49,142 nucleotides of DNA from Rotaria socialis (lineage: Eukaryota). Where the stretch lies: assembly GCA_905331295.1 (NCBI GenBank), contig CAJNYD010000461.1:1-49142 (forward strand), written 5' to 3'. Made by a program: the position numbers and the translations under genes. The notes under the pieces are model-generated. The model did not search any database. It was not told the DNA's origin and saw nothing but the letters and a program-made list of their open reading frames with translations. Below are positions 1-12,216 of the stretch, piece by piece. Positions within the stretch are counted from its first letter, which is position 1; each line of letters opens with the position of its first letter.

Positions 1-211
1 CGTTTACTGTGATATTCGACAGTCGTTTACGGTTAGCGTTTAGTTACGATGACCGTTTACGGAGATTTTTCACGGTCCTCGTTTACGACGATCGTATTTC
101 TTCGTATAACTTCGTTTACGGCAACAGTGAACGACTACAAAATACGGTCGCCGTTTTTCACCGTGAATGATAGGTATACGGCCGTTTACGGCTCAGGTTG
201 ATCGACCTGGG
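1..211. mobile_element. Right end of a TIR DNA transposon/MITE (CCCAG-type terminus, probably CMC/EnSpm-like) with CGTTTAC subterminal repeats
   Basis: Repeated CGTTTAC(G) motifs across 1-190 end in GATCGACCTGGG at 211 (reverse complement CCCAGGTCGATC). The sequence becomes AT-rich after this point. The other end lies outside the window. Confidence 0.5.
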
Positions 212-2294
212 ATAAGTTTTCAATGTAATAAGAGTTTTATTACACTATTTCAAAGAGTTCCCTGTAGAGGAAATCATCTTCTACTAATAACTCACGCTTT
301 TTATGTTTCGGTTTTGTCAAACAAAGTCTTCAAAGTGAATACAGGATGTGTTAAATTCCAAATTCTACTTGCTTCTGATCTTACGTGAGAACATACTAAG
401 CGATCGGCGTCAGCTGAAGTGAGTACAGTGTTCGTGTGACATCACAGAGAATTCAACTCAAGCAACCACTTACAATCATTCCTCCAAATTACTCACTCAT
501 CATTTGTATGGTGATTTATCTATCCTGTTTGTATTTAGTAGCCGCTCCTAGAAAGAGATTCGTACGATTCCTTTCAATCAACTTGCATTTTGTCTTTATT
601 GATCAAGCTAGATTTTGACTATTCATCGAACTATCTTTATATTTTCTAGTTTCCCTCGTTTCTCAATTAATGAATATTGAATTCTAAGACATGATTGAGT
701 AAGAGTTTCGCCAAACTTGAAGCTCGAAATGTTAAGAAAACAACACATATGGGCTTCTTTCAGCCTCTGGAAGTCTATAATTCTCCCATTAATTACTATG
801 AAATGCTATAGCCTATAGGTAGAAAATGTCAGATGCATACAATTATGAAAACTACCAATTAATTATGCGTATCGCTTTTCATAAACATATGCCTACTATT
901 GATAAAGGAGAAAATCCCATCTATTGAGTCATTCTCCGACCACTGGAAGCAGTTCGTGGTACTCTTGAATCACTCTACATACTCAAAATTCACCCTGTAA
1001 ACCATAATTGAGGTAAAGAATCGCCTTCATGTCCCTTATCATAAATGTTGTGGACCATTCATTAGGTCGATAAACGCTTTCCAATATCGTTTCTCAGAGA
1101 GAATCACGGGTATAATATGTTCATCAGTCATTTTCAGGGGTTTATGAAAGTGTAATGTGTATCAATTCCTTTTAGGATCTATGAAGCTTTTAAACCCTTT
1201 TTAAAGGGTTTATAAAATGGTTCATGACTCCTTAATAAACGCTTGAAAAGGGTTTGCTACACGTTGCACTTTCATTAACGCTTTAATCGTATTTTATTCT
1301 ACGGTTTTGTTTTAAAGCTCTTTTTCGTCGTAACATTTTCGTTCGAGACGTTTTTGGTTTTGGTTTTCGAAAAAAAGTTAAGTAGTTAGTACTTCGATTA
1401 TGTTAATTATTCTCCTCCTACTAACTGGCTAACGTTTTCCCTCTCAGAATATCATCCACTCACATAGATGAGATGTCGTTGAACTAGAAAATTTCGGAAT
1501 TATTCGAAGCCGGATTTGGAATCAAAAAATATAACTCCGCTGATCACTTACTTGACATGGAAAAAACTCAAAGCTTACTCAAGTTGGATTAGACAGGTTA
1601 CGGCACCACACGGATTTCGCTCATTTTAAAAACACTTTTGAATGTTAAGTTGACTATTGAACCAAACTTCTATCAGGCTTGTGTGGAACTATAATGTCTC
1701 ATGTTGGCACGATTTTATCCGAAGTAATAATCGATAATCTATTGTTGCGCATTTTTTCAATTCAAAATTCTATTCAAATGAAATGCTTGTCGCAAATAGG
1801 TTACAAGAGTGTGCGTCTTTTTTAATGTAAAAAGACTAAAAGAATAACTTGATAGAATAAAAGAAAACATACAACACTTGATAAATCTTGCCGAGCATTC
1901 TTCTAGCTAACTACACCTATATCACGTTGAGAAGAACGACTTACTTGAGATTATCACGCACTGATGAAATTTAAATCTTTAATCGCATATCAAACATGAT
2001 TTTCGAGTGCTATTAGTAGTTGCAACAAAACTATTATTAATAGAGTGACTGTATAATTCTTTGTACAATAAAACTCTAATTTCTTGCATGCAATATCTGT
2101 TAAATTGATAATTGATAAAATGCTTTTTCAAGGATAGATGCTATCATTTCTAATCGAAACCATAACAAAATTTCAAAAACCAAATAAACGCATTATCATC
2201 AATCTGATTTTGAATCACTAAATAAAAACGGGGACGAAAATATCTTGATGCTGAACTGGACAATTGTTCGAAGCAAGTCAAATTGAATCATGAT

Positions 2295-3002
2295 TAGGGG
2301 TGGACCATTAACATTAATTTTAAAATTAATGTTAATGTTTCTCATTAACCATTAATATTAATGTCAATGTTCTCAAATGATATTAACGGTTAACGGAAAC
2401 ATTCACCATTAGTATGAATAGTAATGTTTTCGTTAATATTAGGGATTATACTTTCATTAATCATTAATATTAATGTTAATGTTTTCATTAAAATCAATGA
2501 CTTAATATTAATGGTTAATGCTTTCATGAAAGCATTATAACTTTCCATATTAAGTAATTAACACTTTCGGAGAAAACATTAGCTATTAAGATCAGTTAAT
2601 TGATTAATAATTGTAGATAATGTTTCCTTAGAAAAGCCTAATTCAGTAATATGGAAAAATTAATGTTTTCATGAAAACATTAACATTAATATTAATGATT
2701 AATGAAAATATAATCCCTAATATTAACGAAAACATTACTATTCATACTAATGGTGAATGTTTCCTTTAACCGTTAATATCATTTGAGAACATTGACATTA
2801 ATATTAATGATTAATGAAAACATTAATTTTAAAATTAATGAAAACATTAATTTTAAAATTAATGTTAATGTTTTTCATTAATCATTAATATTAATGAATT
2901 AAGTTTTTCTTAGAAAACATTAAGCATTAAGATTAATGGCTGATGGAAGTCATTAATTAATGTCATTAATTAAGTTCCGTTAAAAAAAATGGTCCACCCC
3001 TA
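2295..3002. mobile_element. hAT-type foldback MITE
   Basis: TIRs TAGGGGTGGACCATT (2295) and AATGGTCCACCCCTA (3002). Exact 8-bp TSD ATCATGAT at 2287-2294 and 3003-3010. Interior is made of CATTAATATTAATG units with a long internal inverted repeat (~2330-2488 vs ~2671-2826). Confidence 0.9.
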
Positions 3003-3999
3003 ATCATGATAATCTATGATTAGTTAAGGATTATTTAACACATGACATTTGCGGTATATACTGAAAGTATAACGAATGTATGAAGCGGAGAAATTTTTTT
3101 TATCAGAAGCGTAACATGATAATTATGACGTTGAACACACTTCAAATGTTTTGATAACGATAGAAATAAACATAGAGTTGTTCGAAATAATTTATCGCCT
3201 CGATCCGCGACATCTTCGTTCAGTAAAACACCAAGGGGAGAAAGCAGGTTATAACATTATATTCGATTTTAGGAACCTTGATCCTATTTTCCGCTTACAG
3301 AGTATTTTGACTTAACAAATACCATCGTAGCATTTTTATATTAAATAGTTTGTGAAACTTTTCGTTTGCTGGATGTGGTAGATGCTGTCGTATTTGCTAT
3401 TGTTGAAATTTTTAATGTAGAGTGTTCTTATCAAAGACAAATACTAATAATCATATATATGTTGTAACTTCAAGTGAAAACAATGGAATAGTTAATTATA
3501 AGTGAATTATATTCGAATAAATGATGTTTCATATAAACATGAATGCCTTGATAATCTGTTGAAAATTATCGAAAAATTTTGATACTTGGTATCAAAACTG
3601 GGCTGTGGGATGTACTTTTATCGAAACCATAGATCAAATTAAGATTTGGAAACCTTCAACTACAACAGAATAAAGAATTTGAAAGTGCATAGTGTAGTAG
3701 TTTATGAAAAATTTCACTGAAATCACCACCATTCTATGGACCCCACTCGTGATAAATATTATTTCTACTTACCATCTTTCTCGTGTGCCCTTCACCTTGA
3801 GTTAAAGATAGATAACGTACCTGCTATCGCACAGATCCCCTCCTTTTTTTGTCTCTCTGTGTTATTAATTATGTTCTATTGACGAGTCGTCACTGGTCCA
3901 CATGAAATATATCGTGTTATCCATATACTTGAAAAAAGCATTTGATCATTGACTAACTTGTGTATTTTGATAGTTGCATGATCGATCTAATTGTTTTTT

Positions 4000-6212
4000 A
4001 TGATGTTCTCACCGGTTAGTTTCGTCATTCTTTTCACGATAGTCTCCTTCCCGAATGCGTACCCGTCAAAATTATTATCTCAAAACAGCAATATGAACTA
4101 CACAGATATTAAATCTCTGAACATGAAGGAAGCGACAGATCTATTGCGAAATTTTACTCTGCAGCATTTCAGAAAAAAGATTCTTCCTATCCTTATGTGT
4201 GGAACGACTAAGATCAAGATCAATGGGATGCTGGCTATACCGTTTTACGCGGCACAACCGATTTCTCATGTTTTCCCTATGTTTCTGAATAATGTAACTA
4301 TTCGTACTAATGACCACACCAATAAAAGCCTCGATAAGATTGCCAAACTTAAGGTCGCTCTCAATCGTCTTCGTAAATTGCTTCGTCATCCAAGCGTCCT
4401 ACAAGAGATAGCAATGCGCAATTTCTCGATATGGGGTCGAAAAAAGTTTATCAATGGGCAAAAATTGATTTACATGTTTGGGAGCGTGCGTCTCACTGGT
4501 GGCTTTGAAATTATTATCAAAAGTTTAAAACAAGGTAAAACGAGTGCGTACTTGATACTTTTAATTAGTGCAAATCCATTTTGTTTCATGATGGTCGCAT
4601 GGCTTTTAGGTTTTCTTAGTTTTGTTCAGTCTCGGGAATGCTACGTATTAGAAGAATCAAGTTTAGTTACTATCATACTCATCGCAATCAGAATGACTAC
4701 TTGCGAATATATCTCTTTACTAAGAACAAACATATTATCTTGAGTTTTTATATATTTCGATACTTAAAATTTTCTATTTTCGTCTTAAACTTCAGAATAG
4801 ATTCTCTTTCGCAACTTTGAATTTCGCGTAATAAATTTCACACACCGAAGACGCCAATTAGAATTCCGGTAACCCAATAATCACTAGATACATCATGACA
4901 ATAAAACGATTCAATTTCAAAAAATTCTGGAATAGCGATTATCCTAACATACTTACGCAAATCTTCGTGGAAGTCGACGTCCTTTCATATAATTCCGTAT
5001 TAAAGTGACTCCCAGATTTTCGCTTTGCCTTGATCTTTGAGCAATGTGATATAATCAGATACTAGTCTCTAGAAAACTTCAGTCGTTTCAGTACGCCATT
5101 AATGGCCAATCCATATTACCTTCGTGTTGCAATAATTTTAGAAGTTCTGTCTCAAGCTTTCATCTTGCCTTAACTCTCTTAGGTATGGTAATATGGTCAG
5201 AATGAGTCTCTGAAATTTGTAAGTGATTTCCACATTGAATTTCAAAAGTTAGATTAACTCAGTCTCACACAAAAATTCTCGTAATTTCTCGTATTTTTGG
5301 AACTTTGGGAGCTTGATAAAACCATTCAGCTCAGTAAGGATAAGTTCTTGTTCGAATTTAGGACTTTTTCTGGAATAATAGGGATGAGTTTGGCCATAAA
5401 ACTGATTCGACAATGTTTAAAACTGTGGAATAAGCTGCCTTCTTTCGAATATATATTAAAGCGTTTTCTGTCTAATGCTGTACGAAGGCAAAATTTGCAT
5501 AATTGTCTAAGTAGCTTCTGAATACTTGATTTTCTAGATCGTATATCCAAAAAAAACGTCCCCAAGCACTTTTGAGTGATAAATTCTTTTTAAAAACACC
5601 GTCAATAGCTGTCAAGTGTAAACAGTAGGATAATAATGTGCTTTATGGCTGCAATATGGATATACTATCGATAACGCTAAATTCTATGGAAATAATATCA
5701 ACATGAAGTCAAAACCTAACAGAAAAGAAAAGGACAAATAATCAGCAGAACAAGAAGTAGAAAAATTCTTCTTTTTATCCAGTTTCACTGTTTCTTTTCT
5801 TCTTTTCATCCCATTAAATGATATTCATATGAATGCAAAATAAATCAAGATATCCATTGTTTTCAATTTTTTTGTACATACAGTAGACGACATTCTTTTT
5901 CAAAGGTGTACAATAAATATTAAATGCAAAGCATATAAAGACAGCATTTCTAGTTTTTGTTTCTGAAAACAATTCTGATTTTTTAAAATTTAAGCTGGCA
6001 CGATGGCGAACGGAAAAAATCCCAACTCGAAAGTAATGTCTATATCGAACTGGAGAGCAAATGGGCCGCTGATAGACCTTGTTGAAACTATGGCACACGA
6101 ACTTGGTCACTCTTATGGCATGAAAGAATTTGGCGGTGCTTATCCATTCGGTTGGTTATTAAAGGATATGTATAAACTGAAACTATGGAAATATAGAGAG
6201 TTACCGATGTAA
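4000..6212 (+). CDS. Secreted zincin-type metalloprotease-like protein (spliced)
   Basis: Exon 1 is 4000-4534 (ATG, hydrophobic signal peptide MMFSPVSFVILFTIVSFPNAY, donor GT at 4535). It joins in frame to exon 2 at 5995 (acceptor AG 5993-94), which encodes ETMAHELGHSYGMKE. The frame ends at TAA 6212. Alternatively, the GTAAGT donor at 6209 may splice to 6312 and continue in the 6343-6582 frame. Confidence 0.6.
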
Positions 6213-7094
6213 GTATGCTACTAATGATACATGGTGGAGGATGTTCCACTTATATGCACGGTTAGCGTTTTTTCCTTCTTTCCTCTATATGTTTTTCTAT
6301 TAATCCATCAGATCGTTTCCTAATGTATCAAAGCTTTTTTCTTTGTGTCTCTTCATGATGTGTGGCGAGCTCGTCTCGTTACTAGTTTGTTTCTTCTGTA
6401 CGTTCTATGCGCATTTTCCTTTTCTTTTCTGCCTAACAAACTATACATGCAACGATTATATTATTTTATCTTCGCGTCGAATAAATGGTACACACTTTTC
6501 TACGACGCGTGCTACCCTATTCCGGATCGGTAAGTCAAATAATAGGATGCTTCATCGTAAGAAAAATGATGTCATCTTCTAGATTTTTATCAAACTTTGT
6601 AACTTTATCCACTATTTTTCAGTTGTCGTAGAAATGGTTCACATTTTGACAGTGCTCCTTTGGTTTGTTTAATTTACGTAGAAAGTTTAATAACTTAAAG
6701 ATATTTTCGATAAACATAATCGATCGTGAAAATAGAGAAAGCGTACATTTACAGTGCGTACATTTCTGATGTTCGTGATTTTTTATTTTCATATGAAAGT
6801 TCAGACGAATGACTTGTTGCTTCGTATATGTACATAAAAATTATCAACGCAGGATAACAGCTTTTTATCAGTAGCGGCATAACTGAACTTTGGTCTGTTG
6901 ACGCAATTCAGCTTCGAAGTCCGACGCTCTATTTAGTCGAGTGTGGTTCTGAATTTAGGATAAGAGGGGAAAACTTTGGCGTAAATTAAATTTTCAATGT
7001 TAAATTTTATTTGCCACTCTTTAAAGACTAATGTTCGAAAAATAATAATATTTTATAAGGTTTGATCAAAGTTTTCTCGCTTGAGGAAGCTGTG

Positions 7095-7501
7095 CAAGGG
7101 GAGAAAGGCAGATTTCGGATTTTGGGATTCATTTGGGATTTAGAAAATCCTAAACTCCAAAACGTGAATGATGGAATTTCCATCTGAATTTTTCTCCATA
7201 TGTAAGTCTCATGATCCTTAGAATATTCTAAAATTTTCAGCGCAAACGGATGTTTCCTTCTCAAGATAACGAATGCGCAAGAATTGCTCATTTCATGGCA
7301 CGGTCAGAAAATCCAGTTTTTTTGAAAATTCAATATTTTAAGAAGGAAATATTTGTTCGAGTTGAAACTTTTAGGATCTTCTATGGACCATGAAACCAAT
7401 AGATGGGAAGAATTTCAGGTCGAAACTGTGTCATTCACAGGGGGGAATGCTTTTCAATTTTGGGATTTTGAAAATCCCAAAAATCTGCCTTTTCCCCCTT
7501 G
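7095..7501. mobile_element. Non-autonomous TIR element with CAAGGG termini (P-superfamily-like MITE)
   Basis: 21-bp TIRs match at 19/21 (CAAGGGGAGAAAGGCAGATTT / AAATCTGCCTTTTCCCCCTTG). Flanks AAGCTGTG and AAGCTGAA resemble a decayed 8-bp TSD. Confidence 0.7.
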
Positions 7502-7955
7502 AAGCTGAACCTATGGTTTCGCATGGATCAGTCACGAGAAAATTCCTGTAAAGCTCTGACTGGCGATGATAGCACCACCCTTCTTCCATACAATAGGAGA
7601 GACACAAGCAACAGAAATTTCGGCTGTGAACTATGAAGCCCTAAAGTCTTATGAAGCCTCATAGAGTTCTCTGAAATTTTCTACTTATTTTAGCAAAAAT
7701 GTGAACTTTTATTGTTTTCATCAATCTCATGGAAAAGCCTGAACTAATTTGAAGTTAAGATACATCATAGTTGCGAATGGGATGAATATGGCTTGAGCTG
7801 TGTGTAACGAATTTTGTTTGATGATAAATGGATAGTTTATATTCGTTGCTGCTGCAGCTTTTTTTTATTTTTTATTTGTGATCACAAAGAGAAACTGGAA
7901 GAGTAGCGTTACCGCTATCCACGGTGTATAAGATGTTAGTTACACTACTCCACTC

Positions 7956-8109
7956 TGTAACTTTCCGGTTCTAATTACATTCCAGTTCTGATATATAATA
8001 CAATGCACTCGCTTTATATACGTGCACACGAGAGAGAGAAGAATAGAAAAAGATATAATAGGCATATGCGCATTACGTAGGTTATGTCAAAAGACGTAAT
8101 CAGGTTACA
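7956..8109. mobile_element. Short solo-LTR-like segment
   Basis: 154 bp bounded by TGTAAC...GTTACA, with TATATA and GAGAGAGAG tracts. Composition resembles 36818-36952. No TSD seen. Confidence 0.35.
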
Positions 8110-9319
8110 CAAAAGTAGATGGATAACATTAAGAAGTATAACAGATTGACTGATGAGAGTCACGAGTTATGAAAGGCCTATGGCATATTGCATAACACTC
8201 ATCATAATGTATTCCTCCTTCCTAATACCGGATCAGAGGATATTCCAAAGAAATGGAAACGCAAATATATGAACAATAAAGGATGTCCATGCATTATTGG
8301 CACACTGTGGCTGCAACCAAAATGCATATCAACAGCAGTTTCAATCTTTCACATCTATACTCATTCGCAATTGAATTATAAGTTTTCTTCAGCGCTCATA
8401 TAATGTTGAAGTTTCTCGAAATCATTTGAGGTCTTAAAGTCCGCTGTTTCTCTTTTTGCGATAAACTGCGGCTTTTTATTAAAACGAAACCAATCGACCT
8501 TAATTCAAGATTATACCATTGGATTTAAGGCAGATTCGAATGTTAGCAGTTTTTTATAGAATTAATCGCGATGCATTATAGAGTATCAGGGAACAGGTAA
8601 CTAAATATCATCACCTTTGATTTAATTTACGATTAACTTTTTAATCAAGCAGCATTTAGTTCACTGATTAAGTAAACTATGTAGCTTATAAGTAAATATC
8701 TTTAAGCAGTGATAAACTTTTGAGAAGAGACTTGTGTCATAGCATAGACTCTTCTGAGTCCAGACAAGATACCTCATCATTCGTGTTCTTGTTGTTTTTT
8801 TTCATTCATGAGCATTTCATTCAGTTTCAGACTTACTTTGGGATGTGTGGTGTGCGCTTACTGACACTGGCGTCACTGAAACACTGATGGCCACTGTATC
8901 ACTGATCTCGGGTGCACTGATGCCATCAGCGTCACTTGTACGTGAGGTACACTGATTTCACTAACACATTGATGTTGATTTCCATTAACTGCAATTCGTA
9001 AGCGGATTATTATGACATCCTCCAGTTAAAATATTACAATACGTAGGATGTTCTTATTGGATGAGAGACTATATCATTTGAATAGTTTATAAAATGTATT
9101 TCCTGTATTTCTTGCAGCCGATTCTAGTGAATATTAAATTCTATTAAAGAACAAGCGAAGTATTATTTTTTATCACTATATGATATACGCTGTATTCAGT
9201 CGATCATTTAGATCAGTAGTAATTCTTTTGAGAGCATATGGAGACATGTTTTCAATTTTAAAAGGACTTGCTAAAACAATGTTAAGCACACCGGTCTCTT
9301 CAGTACGAAGGGAAACTTG

Positions 9320-12046
9320 CAAGGGGGAAACGGCGGATTCCCAGGATTCCGAATCCCATGGGAATCCGATATACGTCCTAGAAATGACTAATGTAGACGT
9401 CTCAAAAACACTTAAAATATAACTTTTGCTAACACATAACAAAGTCATTTCATTCATTTAATATTTTGAAACCCATTCCTTTGAGAGAGCCATGTAGTGG
9501 TTTGGGAAATAAGCGTGTGGATGTGAATGCTTCCTGGTGATGGAAGGAAAACGTTGATCCTCACCCTCATCAATATCGTAAACTGAACATTCTGGACTAT
9601 AGAAGGTACTGCTTTCTAACGAAATAATGTGACCCAAATCGTGACATCTAGTATGATTATTTATACAGTTCTATTAGGTGAGAATCTCAAACGCTTTGCA
9701 CAATGACGCTCATATTGGTTCATAGAAGGGTGAATCGGACCACAACTTTAAATTCAACAGAGAATATAAAGTTACAATTGAATTAAGGAACTAGCTCCGA
9801 AGAGGAACTTGCGATGTTTTCATTTTATCCAATACTTAATAAGTCGTAGTTTTGCGGTCAACACTATTCTTCTAGACTGATCAATAATGATCCACTCGTG
9901 AATATTAACACAAAAAAAAAACAGGTAAATGATCTATTGACTTTTTACCAAATGATCGGAACGATATACTAACCGATTAGCTTATATTAGCTCACTATCC
10001 AGCTAGTTTAATAAAATAGACATGATTAATGAGAAAACGTAACGGGTTAGTTCTGATCGATGTTACTTTGGTTTTTGTGGCCCGTTCATAGGCAAAGGAA
10101 AATGAAACAGAAGAGCTTTTTTGTGTCTTTAGTATTGGTGCATATCTTATGAAAAAAATTGTGGCCAAAAAGAGTGAGCTACAATTTTGGAGTTTACCAA
10201 TGTCTAACTTTCACTGAAAATTCCAGCTCAGAACTTTAACTCCGTATTTCTGATTACTCAAATGGATACTATTCACCATGCTTTGTCGATTGATGATGCT
10301 CAAGCAACAGCGCATTTATAATTACAAGCTCCAATTTGTGGAGACACTAGAAATTTGTGAACTCTAAACTTGGAGCTCATTTTTTTGACCAAAATTTGTC
10401 TAGACTTAATGCCGACTGGGCTAATTTTTTTCTGTGGAAGAATAATGATCACTCGACTGCCAAACTTCAAAGAAAGCTTGAAGCTATTAATTGAATCTTC
10501 GAGAAAAAGGCAGATAGCTAGAAAACAAAACGGATAGAGATGCGGAACTCGAGGAAGATCTTGAATATTCGGGCAAAGTTCAGGCATTCTAGTGCATGTG
10601 GAATCTGTTTTGTTCCTATTCAAATGCAGTGAGTTGAAATTTTCATTAAAGTTTTCAAAATGTCACAAAAGATAAGAAAAAAACGGGTTCGAAACAATCA
10701 GCTTCAAAGTGATCTCATGATCTTCTCCTTTGTGATAATTTTAAAAAGATATTTGCCAAGGTTATAATCTAGCCTATAATCTTCTTTCCAGATTTTATGT
10801 GAATTTTGCTTGGAAGAAAACAAGAGAATCTGCGATAAAACAAAGTAGAGCAGTTGTGCGAGGCTAGTGTGAAAACAAATCTATGTTTTCTAATCTGACG
10901 AAAATCATTAAAACTCATTTGATCAAGAGTCAAGCTAGTACTTCAAATATAATATTGCTTTTTTATCAAAATTAGAGAAATATAACAGATCGAAAGACGA
11001 AATTTATAATTCGCCTTCTTTGTCAACTAGCGATAAATCTCAATTTCATATAATAAGAGCCCCCGAGTCAATTTCTCCTTCAATCTCAAACTATTATTCC
11101 TCTTGTGTAAAAATTGATGCCAAAAGCAAATTAGTCATAGATAGAGAGTCGCTTGTCTTTTAATAGACTGAACGGCTGTGCTACTACCTAATTGATTTAG
11201 ACGTGTTTAGCTATCAGATCACTGAATGAATAACAGATTGCACATAATATGCTATAGATTCATTTGATTCGACATATTTCTTGTATCTCATTAATTTATC
11301 GTATTCCTTGCTGCTGTTTGTTATGCTGCCTCGGGCATCTTCTCTTAAGAATACGAAAGCAAACTGCCAAGTTGTCAAAATGGACTCGATACCCATCCAA
11401 TTAGGTTAAGTGTCTAGAATTTTAAAAATAGATAGCCCCAGTGAAGTACCTTGTGGTATGCACATGAAATACATGAGCATTTGAAACAAGAATGTCATGC
11501 ACTGTGGGCAAATCTGGAGGGCGGTGCATTCCATGAGCATAAGAAAAAAATTGTATGCAAAAAGTGGTAGTTTTGAGTTCCAATCACTTTCCAGATCGAA
11601 TATTTTTCTCCTGGCTATAATTTCGCAAGTCGAAATTATATCTAGTGTTTTTAATCATGATATTAATGAAATTCTCTCTCCCATGCGCGTCGCTTTCTTG
11701 AGATTCTTGAACAAGAAAGTGATGAGCTATGGACAAATCGTGATGTCTGGACAGGTCAAGCATATGAAAACAAAAGTTCGCCTAGGAAATACTTTTCCTC
11801 AATAGTTTAATGCAGCTTTTCTAGTCATTTGATAAAGCAGTGGAGCCTTAGCACTGAGCTCTATGAGATTTTCGGAACTAGAGTGAAGATCATAGAGGTT
11901 AAATACGAACTTCTGGAATGTCATTCGTTATTATAAAAGTTCCGAGAATCCATGGGATTCCGGGATTCCGGGAATCTCGGGAATCCCATGGGAATTCCGG
12001 GAATCTTGGGAATCTTGGGAATCCGGAATCCGCCGTTTCTCCCTTG
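9320..12046. mobile_element. 2.7-kb CAAGGG-terminal TIR element (P-like) with degenerate internal coding fragments
   Basis: TIRs CAAGGGGGAAACGGCGGATTCC (9320) and GGAATCCGCCGTTTCTCCCTTG (12046) match at 21/22. GGAATCC/GGGATTCC subterminal repeats occur at both ends. No clean TSD. Confidence 0.6.
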
Positions 12047-12216
12047 AAATAATGAGTACAGAAAGATCCTGTAGAGCTACTTGACATCGAAATCTTTAAT
12101 TCGAGCTTTATTTTGCTGAAACTTTCATGCAATTTAAACATATTCTAATTCATTTCTAGATTGGGTAACAGTTTTACTGTGTCGCTTTAATCTACCAACG
12201 AAATTTCATACAAAGA

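Noticed and set aside
8143..8186. Possible hammerhead (CTGATGA...GAAAGGCCTA)
   Set aside because: The core and a palindromic stem III are present, but stems I and II do not pair convincingly.
8150..9000. Coding-like decayed sequence and CACTGA repeats, possible transposase relic
   Set aside because: Many stops on both strands and no motif I could assign with confidence.
9176..12141. Short ORFs in the track overlapping the TIRs (9176-9457, 9180-9422, 11899-12141)
   Set aside because: They arise from GC-rich subterminal repeats, not genes.
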